Origin: Felis catus
Lineage: Eukaryota
DNA: 64,000 bases
Assembly (NCBI RefSeq): GCF_018350175.1
Contig: NC_058368.1
Span: 140,742,001-140,806,000, forward strand
Direction of reading: 5' to 3'
Part shown: positions 36,600-48,120 of the stretch, piece by piece
Layout: each line of letters starts with the position of its first letter
Numbering within the stretch: the first letter of the stretch is position 1
The notes under the pieces: generated by a model
What the model saw: only the letters and a program-made list of their open reading frames with translations
Databases searched by the model: none
Told to the model about the DNA's origin: nothing
Made by a program: the position numbers and the translations under genes

Positions 36600-36890
36600 C
36601 TCCAGGTGTTTGGCTGGAAGAGTGCCACAGGGCAGATGATTTCCCATCTGCTGCTGGGTGCCGGGCAGGACCAGAGCAGGACCACCTGTTGGGCATCTGT
36701 TGGCAAGCTCCACCCTGAAGCGGAAGTGCTCCCCCCCCCAGGAATGCAGTCATAATAACACAAACAACAGGGTGAGGCTATAAATAGGAAGCGCCACGGC
36801 CTCAGAATAGTGCACCTGGCTGGTGACCTTGCTCAAGATCATGTGGCCACTAGGCCACTAATTGCCAAACTCATGTTAATGACCTTGGCC
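36600..36890. promoter_or_regulatory. Candidate enhancer (E-box/MEF2/TEAD/ETS/nuclear-receptor motif cluster)
   Basis: Seven CANNTG sites in ~245 bp; CTATAAATAG at 36778-36787; GGAATG at 36741; CGGAAGTG at 36721; TGACCTTG at 36824 and 36880. Confidence 0.4.
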
Positions 36891-37076
36891 GAACACAGTG
36901 CATCCTCCTCCCTGGAGCTATAGAGTCCTCATCACCAAAACTGCCCAGCCCTTCTGTTTGTCACTCTCTCTGATCCAGCTATTTCCTACACAGCTTGTAG
37001 CACACAATGCCGCCCTGAGCACTTTCTTTCCTTCCCTTTACGTGTTTTATTACACAAGTATAAATACATTAATTTT

Positions 37077-37286
37077 GGGGCGCCTGGGTGGCGCAGTCGG
37101 TTAAGCGTCCGACTTCAGCCAGGTCAGGATCTCGCGGTCCGTGAGTTCGAGCCCCGCGTCGGGCTCTGGGCTGATGGCTCAGAGCCTGGAGCCTGCTTCT
37201 GATTCTGTGTCTCCCTCTCTCTCTGCCCTTCCCCTGCTTACGCTCTGTCTTTCTCTGTCTCAAAAATAAAGATAAACATAAAAAAA

Positions 37287-37320
<34 letters not shown>
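37077..37320 (+). mobile_element. Young-type CAN-SINE with (TAAA)n tail
   Basis: TSD AAATACATTAATTTT. Confidence 0.96.
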
Positions 37321-37321
<1 letters not shown>

Positions 37322-37460
37322 ATACATTAATTTTCCTGACACAGAGGATACCAAAGAAAAAGGAACAAAATGTGAAAGCCCCTCTTTCTTCCTCACCACT
37401 CCCCCAGCATGTTCTTCCTCAGAGGTAACTGCAGCCAATACTCTCTCCCTCTAGTTTCCC

Positions 37461-37510
37461 TTTTTTTTTTTTTTAAAGTTTATTTATCTTGAGAGAGAGA
37501 GCACAGGGGC

Positions 37511-37541
<31 letters not shown>

Positions 37542-37655
37542 ACTCCAAGCAGACTCCTCACTGACAGCACAGAGCCCGACATAGGGCTCGAACCCACAAA
37601 CCATAAGATCATGGCCTGAGCTGAAACCAAGGGTTGGACGCTTAACCAGGTGCCT
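37461..37655 (-). mobile_element. CAN-SINE with an internally deleted head
   Basis: CTTAACCAGGTGCC lacks the A-box segment; TSD CTCTAGTTTCCCTTT. Confidence 0.9.
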
Positions 37656-37917
37656 CTAGTTTCCCTTTCTGTACATATATCAACACATAGATATATATGT
37701 ACCTGTAGCTTTTGTTTTTCAGAAAGCATTTCATCATACTCTATGCGTGTTTCTGTGATCTGTATTTTTTCATTCAATGGGGCATAGTTGTCAATAAGAC
37801 TGCAGTTCTCAATTTTGTAAATTTACAGGGTTATAAATTTGTGGGGGTCCTCTAATGTAGTCCTATTATCCATATATGTGTTGAAGGATACATTTTTATT
37901 TAAAAATTATTTTCTTA

Positions 37918-38350
37918 GGGCGCTTGGTTGGCTCAGCCCATTAAGCATCCGACTTCAGCTCAGGTCATGATCTCTGTTTGTGAGTTCAAACCCCGCATCA
38001 GCCTGGAGCCTCCTTCAGATTCTGTGTCTCCCTCTCTCTCTGCCCCTCCCCTGCTTGCACTCTGGCTCTCTCAAAATTAACATTCTTTGGGGCGCCTGGG
38101 TGGCGCAGTCGGTTAAGCGTCCGACTTCAGCCAGGTCACGATCTCGCGGTCCGTGAGTTTGAGCCCTGCGTCAGGCTCTGGGCTGATGGCTCGGAGCCTG
38201 GAGCCTGTTTCCGATTCTGTGTCTCCCTCTCTGTCTGCCCCTCCCCCATTCATGCTCTGTCTCTCTCTGTCCCAAAAATAAATAAAAAACGTTGAAAAAA
38301 AAATTATAAAAAAAAAAAAATTAACATTCTTTAAAAAAAATTTAATAAAA
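37918..38350 (+). mobile_element. CAN-SINE with a young SINE (38089-38316) nested in its tail
   Basis: Inner TSD AAAATTAACATTCTTT at 38073-38088 and 38317-38332. Confidence 0.95.
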
Positions 38351-38504
38351 AATAATTTTCTTTAGTAATTGATATTATTTTTATACATAATTATATACAA
38401 CCTTTTTCCTTTATATTTTATTGACCTTTTAAAATTATATAAATAGGTAAGTTATATTGTTTATGAAATTAATTTCAGGATAGTAAAGAGCATTAAAATC
38501 TATA

Positions 38505-39161
38505 TTTTTAAGTTTATTTATTTATTTTGAGAGCAGGAGGGGCAGAAGGAGAGAGAGGGAAAGAGAGAATACCAAGCAGGCTCTGCACTGTCAGCAAGGA
38601 GCCTGGTTTGGGGCTCGGTCCCACAAACCGCGAAATCATGACTTGAGCTGAAACCAAGAGTCAAACACTTAACCGACTGAGCCACCCAGGTACCCCTAAA
38701 ATCTTTGTTTTTAATTTTTTTTAATGTTTATTTATTTTTGAGAGAGAGAAAGACAGAGGGCAAGCAGAAGAGGGGCAGAGAGAGGGGGAGACACAGAATC
38801 CGAAGCAGGCTCCAAGCTCTGAGATGTCAGCACAGAGCCCGATGCGGGGCTCGAACTCACAAACTTTGAGATCATGACCTGAGCTACAGTCGGCTGTTTA
38901 ACCAACTGAGCCACCGAAGCGCACCCTTAAAATCTATTTTTTTTTTTATTTTTTTTTTCAACGTTTATTTATTTTTGGGACAGAGAGAGACAGAGCATGA
39001 ACGGGGGAGGGGCAGAGAGAGAGGGAGACACAGAATCGGAAACAGGCTCCAGGCTCTGAGCCATCAGCCCAGAGCCTGACGCGGGGCTCGAACTCCCGGA
39101 CCGCGAGATCGTGACCTGGCTGAAGTCGGACGCTTAACCGACTGCGCCACCCAGGCGCCCC
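38505..39161 (-). mobile_element. Three stacked minus-strand CAN-SINEs
   Basis: Heads end at 38696, 38926 and 39161; TAAAATCT flank present four times. Confidence 0.95.
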
Positions 39162-39192
39162 TAAAATCTATTTTTTAAAGGGTGTATAAGTC

Positions 39193-39405
39193 GGGCACCT
39201 GGGTGGCTCAGTCAATTAAGCGTAGGACTCTGGGTTTCGGCTCAGGTCTTGATCTCATGGTTTGTGAGATGGAGCCTGAATCAGGCTCCTTGCTGACAGC
39301 GCGGAGCCTGCTTGGGATTCTCTTTCTCTCCCTCTGTCTGTCTGACTCTCCCCCCATGCACATGCACATTCTCTCTCAAAATAGAAACTTTAAAAATAAA
39401 TAAAA
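39193..39405 (+). mobile_element. CAN-SINE
   Basis: Head, body and tail. Confidence 0.92.
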
Positions 39406-39639
39406 GGTGTCTAGTCCAGGCTGAGAACCATGTAAGTTTCCTTCTTTTCAGATTCAGTGTGGTGATTCCTGCCTAACGTGAAGCCACTCTTTCATCACCC
39501 AGATGTTTGGGTGTTTTCCCACAGTCCTGCTGTGGCCATCACAGACACTTTCCTGCCTTGCCTGCACCCCTCCAGGGAAGACCTCACTTTGGCCAGGCTG
39601 CTGCCAGGCTTTATAAAAGAAAGCTTTGGAGCTGGCAGT

Positions 39640-40150
39640 TTCTAAGTCATGGAGGATTCTTGGTTGCGAGTCACAGAGACCTGCTCGGGCTAACTTTGGC
39701 AGAGAAGGAAGGTACCGGCAGGTTATTCAATAGCTCACGGAAGGAACAGAAATGGCGGAGAACCAAGATGGAGAAGAGGGCAAGAATGTGGGGAGGTGAT
39801 GATGAAGCAGAGGAAGAATTCACTCAGTCAGAACCTGCCACAGTACCAGGCCAGGTGAGGGGCTGTCTGCTGCCACTCCTGACCTTGACACCACTGTCCT
39901 GGGAATAATCTCCAATTTTCCAGGCCTCTGTGTATCATACCCTCAAAAGTCAAAACTCCTGGGTGAAAACATCTTATTGGATGAGCCTGTGTCATATGTC
40001 AGTGCGCTGGTTGCCAAGGGAGAGGGGAGAGGACTCTCTGGGCCAGCTTTGGCTTCTGAGGTGCCTCCCGAACCCATATTTCCTTAGGAAGCAGGAACCG
40101 GTAGCCAGGAGGGCCACCATATGACTGGAAGGAGTTAACAAGCAAGGAAG
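39640..40150 (-). mobile_element. Very old MaLR (late MLT1-like) LTR
   Basis: TTCTTGGTTGCGAGTCACAGAGAC...CTAACTTTGGC and TATTGGATGAGCCTGTGTCATATG motifs. Confidence 0.5.
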
Positions 40151-40270
40151 GATTTCCTAACTCTCTTCTGCTTCCTTTAGGTTTGCTTTTTCTTCCCCTA
40201 TCTTCCTCCACCAACCTTTTCGTGTGGATACAAAATATTCTGTGCATTGTGGGGAGCAGGGAATTGAAAA

Positions 40271-40748
40271 TGTAGTAGGCTGAATAATAGCCACCCAAAG
40301 GTATCAGATCCTAATCCCTGAAATCTGTAAATGCTACCTTGTAAGGAAAAGGAGTCTTTGCAGATAGGAGTAAATTAAGGATCTTGCCACGGAGAAAATA
40401 TCCTGGATTATCCAGGTGGCCTCTAAATGCCATCACAAGGGTGCTTCTACAAGGGAGGCAAAGGGAGATTAGGTTCACACAGAAGAGAAGAAGGTCATGT
40501 GAGGCAGAGATTGGAGTTATAAGGGCACAGATCAAGGAATGCCGGCCATCATCAGAGGCTGGAAGAGGCAAGGAACAGATTGTCTTCCAGAACCTCCTAA
40601 AGGAGTATGGTCCTGTTGACCCCTAGATTTCCAGCAGGTGGTACTGATTTCAGACTTCTGCCCTCCAGACATGAGAGAATAGTTTTCTGTTGTTTTAAGC
40701 CTGCAAATTTATGATGATTTGTTATAGCTGCCATAGGAAACTCATACA
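40271..40748 (+). mobile_element. MLT1C/D-like MaLR solo LTR
   Basis: TGTAGTAGGCTGAATAAT start and GGAAACTCATACA end; TSD GAAAA/GAATA (4 of 5 match). Confidence 0.9.
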
Positions 40749-40797
40749 GAATATGGAGACAATATGGAAGTATTCATATCTTTAAAACAAAATGGAA

Positions 40798-41660
40798 GGG
40801 GTGCCTGGCTAGCTCAGTTGGTGGAATGTGTGATTCTTGATCTTGGGGCTGTGAGTTTGAGCCTCATGCTAGGTGTAGAGATTACTTTAAAAAAAAAATT
40901 TAGGGGCTCTTGGGTAGTTCAGTCGGTTGAGCCTCCAACTCTTGGTTTCTGATCAGGTCATGATCTCAGAGCTGTGGGATAGACTACATCGGGCTCCGTG
41001 CTGAGCATGAATCTGCTTGAGATTTTCTCTCTCTCTCCCTCTGCCCCTTCCCTGCTCACCTGCTCTCTCTCTCTCTCTCTCTCTCTAAAATAAAAAAAAA
41101 AATTGGGGGCGCCTGAGTGGCGCCGTCGGTTAAGCGTCCGACTTCAGCCAGGTCACGATCTCGCGGTCCGTGGGTTCGTGCCCCGCGTCAGGCTCTGGGC
41201 TGATGGCTCAGAGCCTGGAGCCTGTTTCCGATTCTGTGTCTCCCTCTCTCTCTGCCCCCTCCCCCGTTCATGCTCTGTCTCTCTCTGTCCCAAAAATAAA
41301 TAAAAACGTTGAAAAAAAATTAAAATAAATAAAATAAAAAATTTAATAAATTAAAAAAATTAAAATTAAAAATATAGGGGCTCCTGCGTGGCTCTGTCGG
41401 TTAAGCGTCAGACTAGAGCTAAGGTCATGATCTTGCGGTTCATGAGTTTGAGCCCCGCATCGGGCTCTGTGCTGACAGCTCAGAGCCTGGAACCTGCTTC
41501 AGATTCTGTATTTCTTTCTCTCTCTGACCCTCTCCTGCTGGCACTCTGTCTCTTTCTCTCTCTCAAAAATAAATAAACATTAAACAAACAAACACTAAAA
41601 TAAAATAAAATAAAATAAAATACATTAATAAAAGTTAAATTTAATTTAATTAAAAAATAA
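40798..41660 (+). mobile_element. Four stacked plus-strand CAN-SINEs (40798, 40903, young 41105, 41377)
   Basis: Four heads; outer flank AACAAAATGG on both sides. Confidence 0.93.
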
Positions 41661-41697
41661 TACAACAAAATGGGAAAAAAAAAGAAGAGGGAGAGAG

Positions 41698-41698
<1 letters not shown>

Positions 41699-41740
<42 letters not shown>

Positions 41741-41742
41741 AG
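41699..41742. repeat. (GAAA)n microsatellite
   Basis: Read directly, about 10 units. Confidence 0.93.
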
Positions 41743-42656
41743 AAAGGAAAAGAAACTAAGCCAAGTAGTTGGTGAGCTAATGAGCTCCTTCACAAAGGAG
41801 TGAAAAGCAAAGAAATTAATCCTGAAAACATTCCTCTTTTGAAAATAAATCTAGGATTAGAACACAACAGCCTTAGTAATATAAGCAAAAGCAATAACTC
41901 TGTTAATCCGTCTCAACCAGATATGTTATTTCCTGACAAATACAGCAGGAGGTACTATAGGAAGTTTGGATTTCTTTACTGCTGGGGTGATTTTTGAAAA
42001 GAGAGAGAGAGAGAGGGAGGGAGGCCAGCGAAATAAACTGGATGACTCAGGGAACGATCTGTTTTCAGATAATTGCTTCCTAATGTAGCGATGATGTGAG
42101 TCTTAGTCATTCCAATAGCAATTCCTTGTAGAGAGCAAATTAGCCAGAACACAAAGTCTGCTCCACCCACCACAATGACTCTGGTGGGAAAAGTTCCTAG
42201 TGAAGCCCACGTAATTAACTTGGACTTGCTCTTGTGTCAAAGAACAATGCTGCGAGAAACCCCGAAACTAGGGTGGATGGAACCGTTCTAGACATTTGTT
42301 TCCTGTTGTGTCTTGTTGCTTCTGTGAAGCAGGACACTCTGATAAACAGAGCAGACACACATCTGGGAAGGAAGGTTGCTGGAAGAGTGAGGTCACCGGC
42401 AGCAAATCAGAATCCCGGCTTTCAGCCTCCCAGGGCCTCAAAGGGCAGTGCCCTAGAAGGCAGTGACCTCCAGCACTGCACACCTTTATCTTGAATCAAG
42501 GTCACAAGCCCCCTGGCAGGCCTATGCTGAGCTTCTCCTCTGTGCTGAGGTTGGGCTGGTGGGCCGCTGAAGGGTGGATGGGAAAATAAGACTCAGACTC
42601 TCCTCACACAATCCAGATGTGTAGGTAAGATACAAATTAAAGAATGATGACACCAG

Positions 42657-43053
42657 GGGCACCTGGGTGGCTCACTTGATGAAGTGTCTGAGTCTCGATT
42701 TTGACTTAGGTCATGATCTCAAGGCTTGTGGGATCAAGCCTTACACTGGGCTCCACAATGACAGTGCAGAGCCTGCTTAAGATTCCCTCTCCCTCTCTCT
42801 CTGCCCTTCCCTGCTTGCATTCTATCTAAATAAAAAAAAATAAATTAAATAAAAAATAAAGAATGATGAGAACAAAACACACAGAAAGTATTATACTGAG
42901 GGGCACCTGGGTGGCTCAGTTGGTTAAGCATCTGACTTTAGCTCAGGTCGTGATCTCACAGTTGGTGAGCTCAAGCCCCGGGTTGGGTTCTGTGCTGACA
43001 GCTTGGAACCTGGAGCCTGGTTTGGATTCTGTGTCTCCATCTCTCTCTGTCTC

Positions 43054-43086
<33 letters not shown>

Positions 43087-43150
43087 GCCCCTACCCTGCT
43101 TGTGCTCTCTTTCTGTCTCTCAAAAATGAACAAATGTTAAAAAAAAATAA
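42657..43150 (+). mobile_element. Two CAN-SINEs (42657-42860 and 42900-43150)
   Basis: TSD-like flanks AAAGAATGATGA and AGAAAGTATTAT. Confidence 0.93.
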
Positions 43151-43491
43151 AAGATATTTAGAAAGTATTATTCTGACATACCAACTCGGCTTAAAATTAG
43201 TGGATAGGAATGCAGCTATTTTCTTGAGTTGGCATGTGGTTCCTAGGATTTGAGGAAGATGGCCTTAGTCATGGGTTTGTTCTGCTGCGGGACTTGGCTG
43301 TTTAATCAGTGAATAAATCATCTATGTGCACAGCTTTGTGCTAAAAGCCCAGAGGAATACAAAAGCTCAGGGCCCTTGACCCTAAAGACATTTTGCAGGT
43401 CAGCTGGGGAAATTTGACAGCCAACAAGCATCATAAGCAGTGCAGTAGAAGCAAGTGGTATGCTCCCAGCTGTCCCTGCTGTAGTTCATAA

Positions 43492-43900
43492 ATTCATTCA
43501 TTCAGCCACTAGCTCTTGAATGCCTGCTTGGTGCTGAGCACTTTTCTGGACACTGGAATACAGCAGTGAACAAACCAAAACAAAATCCTTGCCTCCTAGA
43601 GCTTGCAGCCTAATGTATGCTTTGGTAAAGTCAGACATATTTGCAATACTGCTAGACACTGAGGGAGAGATCAGATTCATCAGCCTGGAGGCTCAGGGAA
43701 GAGATCTGGTCCAGAGTTCAGAGAAGGGTGACATCAGTGTGGGTTGAGGAGATTTCAGGGAGCGGAAGAGGATTGAGTGGGGGCCTTGAAGGGGGTCAGA
43801 ATTTGGAAGGACTCAGAAGAATGGGAGAGAATTTTGGAAGGGGCCAGGAAGACAGGAAACAAAGTGACTGAGCCATGATGGGCGAGGCAGAGGTAGGTCA
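43492..43900 (-). mobile_element. L2 3' end
   Basis: ATTCATTCATTCA...TTGAATGCCTGCT...CAGCAGTGAACAA...GAGCTTGCAGCCTA. Confidence 0.75.
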
Positions 43901-44542
43901 GGCTGGAAAGTCAGGGCAAGTTTGGCTTAGTGACGTGGGCTTACTTACTGCAGGTGTACACAGTGAGTGCTGGTGTAGACAGTGAGCAGCCAAGCTACCC
44001 AACATCTGGAGCCGCTTTGGCGAATCCTTCTGCCTGCAGCCCCAGCTCCTCCCCATCGCCCACTGCCTCTTTCCCACTTCTGCCCTCCTCATCAATCTCC
44101 ACTTTCTAAGGATTCACCTTCTTCGTTCCCATCTGCCTCCTTCATCTCATCCTTCGATGGTTCCTTTCCTGCCCCTTTTGTTTTATTCTCACCCCACCCC
44201 CTGCCCCATAATCAATGAGAAAAATCAATAAAACAAAAAATTATTCTGACCAAAGGCTGATTAGAAAAGCAAGCGTTCTTAGAGAATTGCAGCTTGACAG
44301 AGAACTACCTTTGTGTTAATTCTCTCAAACTGGCTAAGATCTCCCAGGGCTCTGAGCTTGCCTTTGCGTGTGATGTAATCAGATCCTCAAACACAACCTC
44401 AGAAATAGCTGCTCTTTCAAAACACTAAGAATATCTGCTAAGGCGTTGGAAATGTGAACTTAATTGTTAACTCTGCAGAAAGAGGAATAGGAGAGAAAAT
44501 GCATGGGAATTAGCATACTCTTGTTTTTAAAGGTCTCTCTTG

Positions 44543-44744
44543 TTTTTTCAAGTTTATTTATTTATTTTGAGAGAAAGAGAGAAAGAGCAGGGGGAGGGGC
44601 ACAGAGGAGAGAGAGAATCCCAAGTCGGCTTTGTGCTGTCACCACAGAGCCTGACTCGGGGCTCAATCCCATGAACCATGTGATCAGGACCTGAGCTGAA
44701 AGCAAGAGTCAGACGCTTAACGGACTGAATCACCCAGCTGCCCC
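44543..44744 (-). mobile_element. CAN-SINE
   Basis: Minus-strand copy. Confidence 0.92.
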
Positions 44745-44964
44745 TTAAAGTTGTCTAAACAGTCTTATAAAGTATGTTCTTTGTGTGTCTAGTTCAAGCA
44801 AGTCTCATCTTGTATCATAATAGTGAAGGACCTAGCAGGAAATGCGTGTTTCCTCATGCTTTATTGATTCTTTTCCCCTAAAAGTAAAGCAAACTTGTTC
44901 AAATATACTTGAGAAATACAGAAAATAATAGGGAAGAAAGTTAAAACCCACTAATTTATCATTC

Positions 44965-45394
44965 AGAGAGTTTTTGCTTCATTGCCAACTTTACAATATC
45001 AAGAGTTTACAACAAACATTTGTTTTCTGTTTCCTGGGTCCACTGAGGCTCTGAGTATCCAGCTGCGCTTGGCTGGGCTTTCGTTCTGGATGAGTTAGGT
45101 TAGTTCTGCTGCCTCTGCATGTTTGCTCATCTTCTTCAGTGCAGAATCTCCCAGGAGATATTTTTTTTCCGTGGAAGATCACTAGAATGCACAAGGGTGA
45201 GCAGAGAAAAATATGGTACCTCCTGAGGTCTTCACTTGAAACTAGCTTATTGTAACCACCACCCACATTCCACTGGCCAAAGCAAGTCATCTGGGCACAC
45301 CCAACATCAATGGGGTAGAGAATTACATCATTCCCAGAGCATTGTAAGTTCATGCAGCAGGAAGAATAGAGAGCAATAATCCAATCTTGCCACA
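44965..45394 (-). mobile_element. MaLR (MLT1-like) LTR
   Basis: CCCACATTCCACTGGCCAAAGCAAGTCAT...CCCAACATCAATGGGG...CCAATCTTGCCACA. Confidence 0.75.
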
Positions 45395-45529
45395 AGTGTT
45401 ATCATATTGGTTATCGGATTATCATATTGGTGTATGTCCTTCCAAGTCTTTTTATGCACACTGTACATGGTTAAATAATTTTATAAAAATAATCTTGAAC
45501 CTTTTTATTTACTTTTTTTTAATGGAAAC

Positions 45530-46485
45530 AATTTTAACTTTTTATTATGGAAATTTAAAAACACAAACAGAAGTGGAGAGAATAATATGATAAACCTGCT
45601 TATACCCACCACCAAGCTTCAATAATTTTTAAATTCCTACTTAGCGTTCTTGTGTTTCTTTAAATACACCATCACCTTAACATAATATAAAACATTTTCT
45701 CAAATCTTCAATAATCACTATTCTTCACAAGTCCCCCGTTGTTTTTTTTCCCTTTTTAAAAAATTTATGGGATGCCTGAGTGGCTCAGTCAGTTAAGCAG
45801 TCGACTCTTGATTTTGGCTTAGGTCATAATCTGAGGGTTATGAGATAGAGCCCAAGCCCCTCATCGGGTTCTGGTGCTGGGTGTGGTGCCTGCTTAAGGT
45901 TCTCTCTCCTTCTCCCTCTCCCTCTCTCGTTCTCCCCCTCTGCTCACACATACTTTTTCTCTCTGTAAAAAAAAAAAAAAATTACATACTGGATTTGTGA
46001 CTCAAATAAGGTGCATACATTGCAGTTTATTGATATATGTCTTGTCTCTTCATAGATTCGCCTTCAATATTCTGGGTTTATATCTTTGTACTTTTTATTT
46101 TTGTTTTGTTAAAGAAACCTGGCTATTTTGTCATACAGAATTCCCCTAGAATCTGACTTCTGTTGATTGCATCTCCATAGTGAGATATAGAAGAATGGTA
46201 AGATTTGGACTCAATTTTTGGTGTGTATGCCATGACTGTTTCATGGGTAATTTTGTATATTTCTATCAGGAGATGCATGATATCTAGTATCTCTATTTTT
46301 TTAATGTCAGTAACCACTGGTAATCATTACAATCCAGTACTGGTAGTATTCCAATTCTACCACTTCTTACTCTTTATTAGCTGGCATACATAATAAGAAG
46401 CTTGGTTTCATCAATTATTTGAATACTGTCACATGCAGATAATACTGGAAAGTCTGGGCAAATATTTGGATCACTCTGTTTACTA
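45530..46485 (-). mobile_element. Old L1M fragments containing a plus-strand CAN-SINE at 45769-45980
   Basis: TTTTATTATGGAAATTT...AGAGAATAATATGATAAAC; TATCAGGAGATGCATGATATCT. Confidence 0.6.
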
Positions 46486-46534
46486 GCTTTTATATTTATT
46501 TATTTATTTATTTATTTATTCATTCATTTATTTA

Positions 46535-47166
46535 TTTATTTTTATTTTAACTTGTTTTATTTTTTTAAATTTACATCCAAGTTAGCATATAGTGCAACAA
46601 TGACTTCAGGAGTAGATTCCTTAGTGCCCCTTACCCATTTAGCCCATCCCCCCTCCCACAACCCCTCCAGCAACTCTCAGTTTGTTCTCCGTATTTATGA
46701 GTCTCTTCTGTTTTGCCCCCCTCCCTGTTTTTATATTATTTTTGTTTCCCTTCCCTTCCTTATCTGTTTTGTCTTTTAAAGTCCTCATATGAGTGAAGTC
46801 ATATGATGTTTGTCTTTCTCTGACTAATTTCACTTAGCATAATACCCTCCAGTTCCATCCATGTAGTTGCAAATGGCAAGATTTCATTCTTTTTGATTGC
46901 CGAGTAATACTTCATTGTATATATGTACCACGTCTTCTTTATCCATTCATCCATCAGTGGACATTTGGGCTCTTTCCATACTTTGGCTATTGTTGATAGT
47001 GCTGCTATAAACATGGGGGTGCATGTGTCCCTTCAAAACAGCACACCCGTATCCCTTGGATAAATGTCTAGTAGTGCAGTTGCTGGATCGTATGGTAGTT
47101 CTATTTTTAGTTTCTTGAGGAACCTCCATACTGTTTTCCAGAGTGGCTGCACGAGCTTGCATTCCC
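46535..47166 (-). mobile_element. Carnivore L1 3'-end insertion (~630 bp), copy B
   Basis: Same subfamily and same start (GGGAATGCAAGC) as copy A; appears to sit in the (TTTA)n tail of an older L1. Confidence 0.95.
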
Positions 47167-47174
47167 ATTATTTA

Positions 47175-47660
47175 CTTTTTTAATTCAAATTTTAGTTAGT
47201 TAACATATGGTGCAATATTGGTTTCAGGAGCAGAATTTAGTGATTCATCACTTACATACAACAACCGGTGCTCATCACAAGTGTCTTCCTTAATACCCAT
47301 CACCTATTTAGCCCTTCCCCCCACCCAACACCCCTCCAGCACCCCTCAGTTTGTTCTCTGTTGGTAAGAGTCTCTTGTGGTTTGTTTCCCTCTCTCCTCT
47401 CCCCCACCTTCCCATATGTTCATCTGTTTTGTTTCTTAAATTCCACATATGAGTGAAATCATACGGTATTTGTCTTTCTTTGATTGACTTATTTCACTTA
47501 TCATAATATATTCTAGCTCCATCCATGTTGTTGCAAATGGCAGGAATTTATTCTTTTTGATTGCCGAGTAGTATTCCATTGTATATATGTACCACATCTT
47601 TTTCCATTCATCAGTTGATGGACATTTGGGCTGTCTCCATACCTTGGCTATTGTTGATAA
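47175..47660 (-). mobile_element. Older 5'-truncated carnivore L1
   Basis: L1 3' UTR and ORF2 end ([15 protein letters not shown]). Confidence 0.92.
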
Positions 47661-47924
47661 AGAATCTTGTACCTTTTTGTACCTTTGCATTCATTGCCTT
47701 TTCCCTTGGATTCTGCTCATCCACTTCTTTCAGATTCAGCTTCTGCATTCCTGTCTTCTTCCTCTTTCCCATCTGCCTTCTTCTTCCTCTGACACTTCAC
47801 TTCCCTGCCCCACCCCACCCCCCAACTCCATGTTTCATTCTCCATCTGGGTCCCATAATGATATTTAAAAAACAAGGAAGTGATTTATTTTTATTGATTT
47901 CTTTATATTTTTAAAAGATTTAAA

Positions 47925-48120
47925 AAAATTTAAGTTTATTTATTTATTTTGAGAGAAAGAGCAGGGGAAGGGGCAGAGAAAGAGAGGGAGAGAGATTCCC
48001 AAGCAGGCTCCACGTCAGCATGGGGCTCAACGTGGGGCTTGAACTCACAAACGTTGAGATCACGACCTGAGCTGAAACCATGAGTCCGATGCTTAACCAA
48101 CTGAGCCCCCTAGTCATCCC
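47925..48120 (-). mobile_element. CAN-SINE
   Basis: Minus-strand copy; AAGGAA(G/A)TGAT flank repeated. Confidence 0.9.

Noticed and set aside
39507..39908. 133-aa ORF downstream of an acceptor-like CTTTTCAG
   Set aside because: Non-ATG start, overlaps an old MaLR LTR, no recognisable protein.
25940..47660. A second pair of L1s truncated at nearly the same point (TTGGCTATTGTT)
   Set aside because: The ends differ by several nucleotides and the 3' UTRs are of different subfamilies, so coincidence is plausible.
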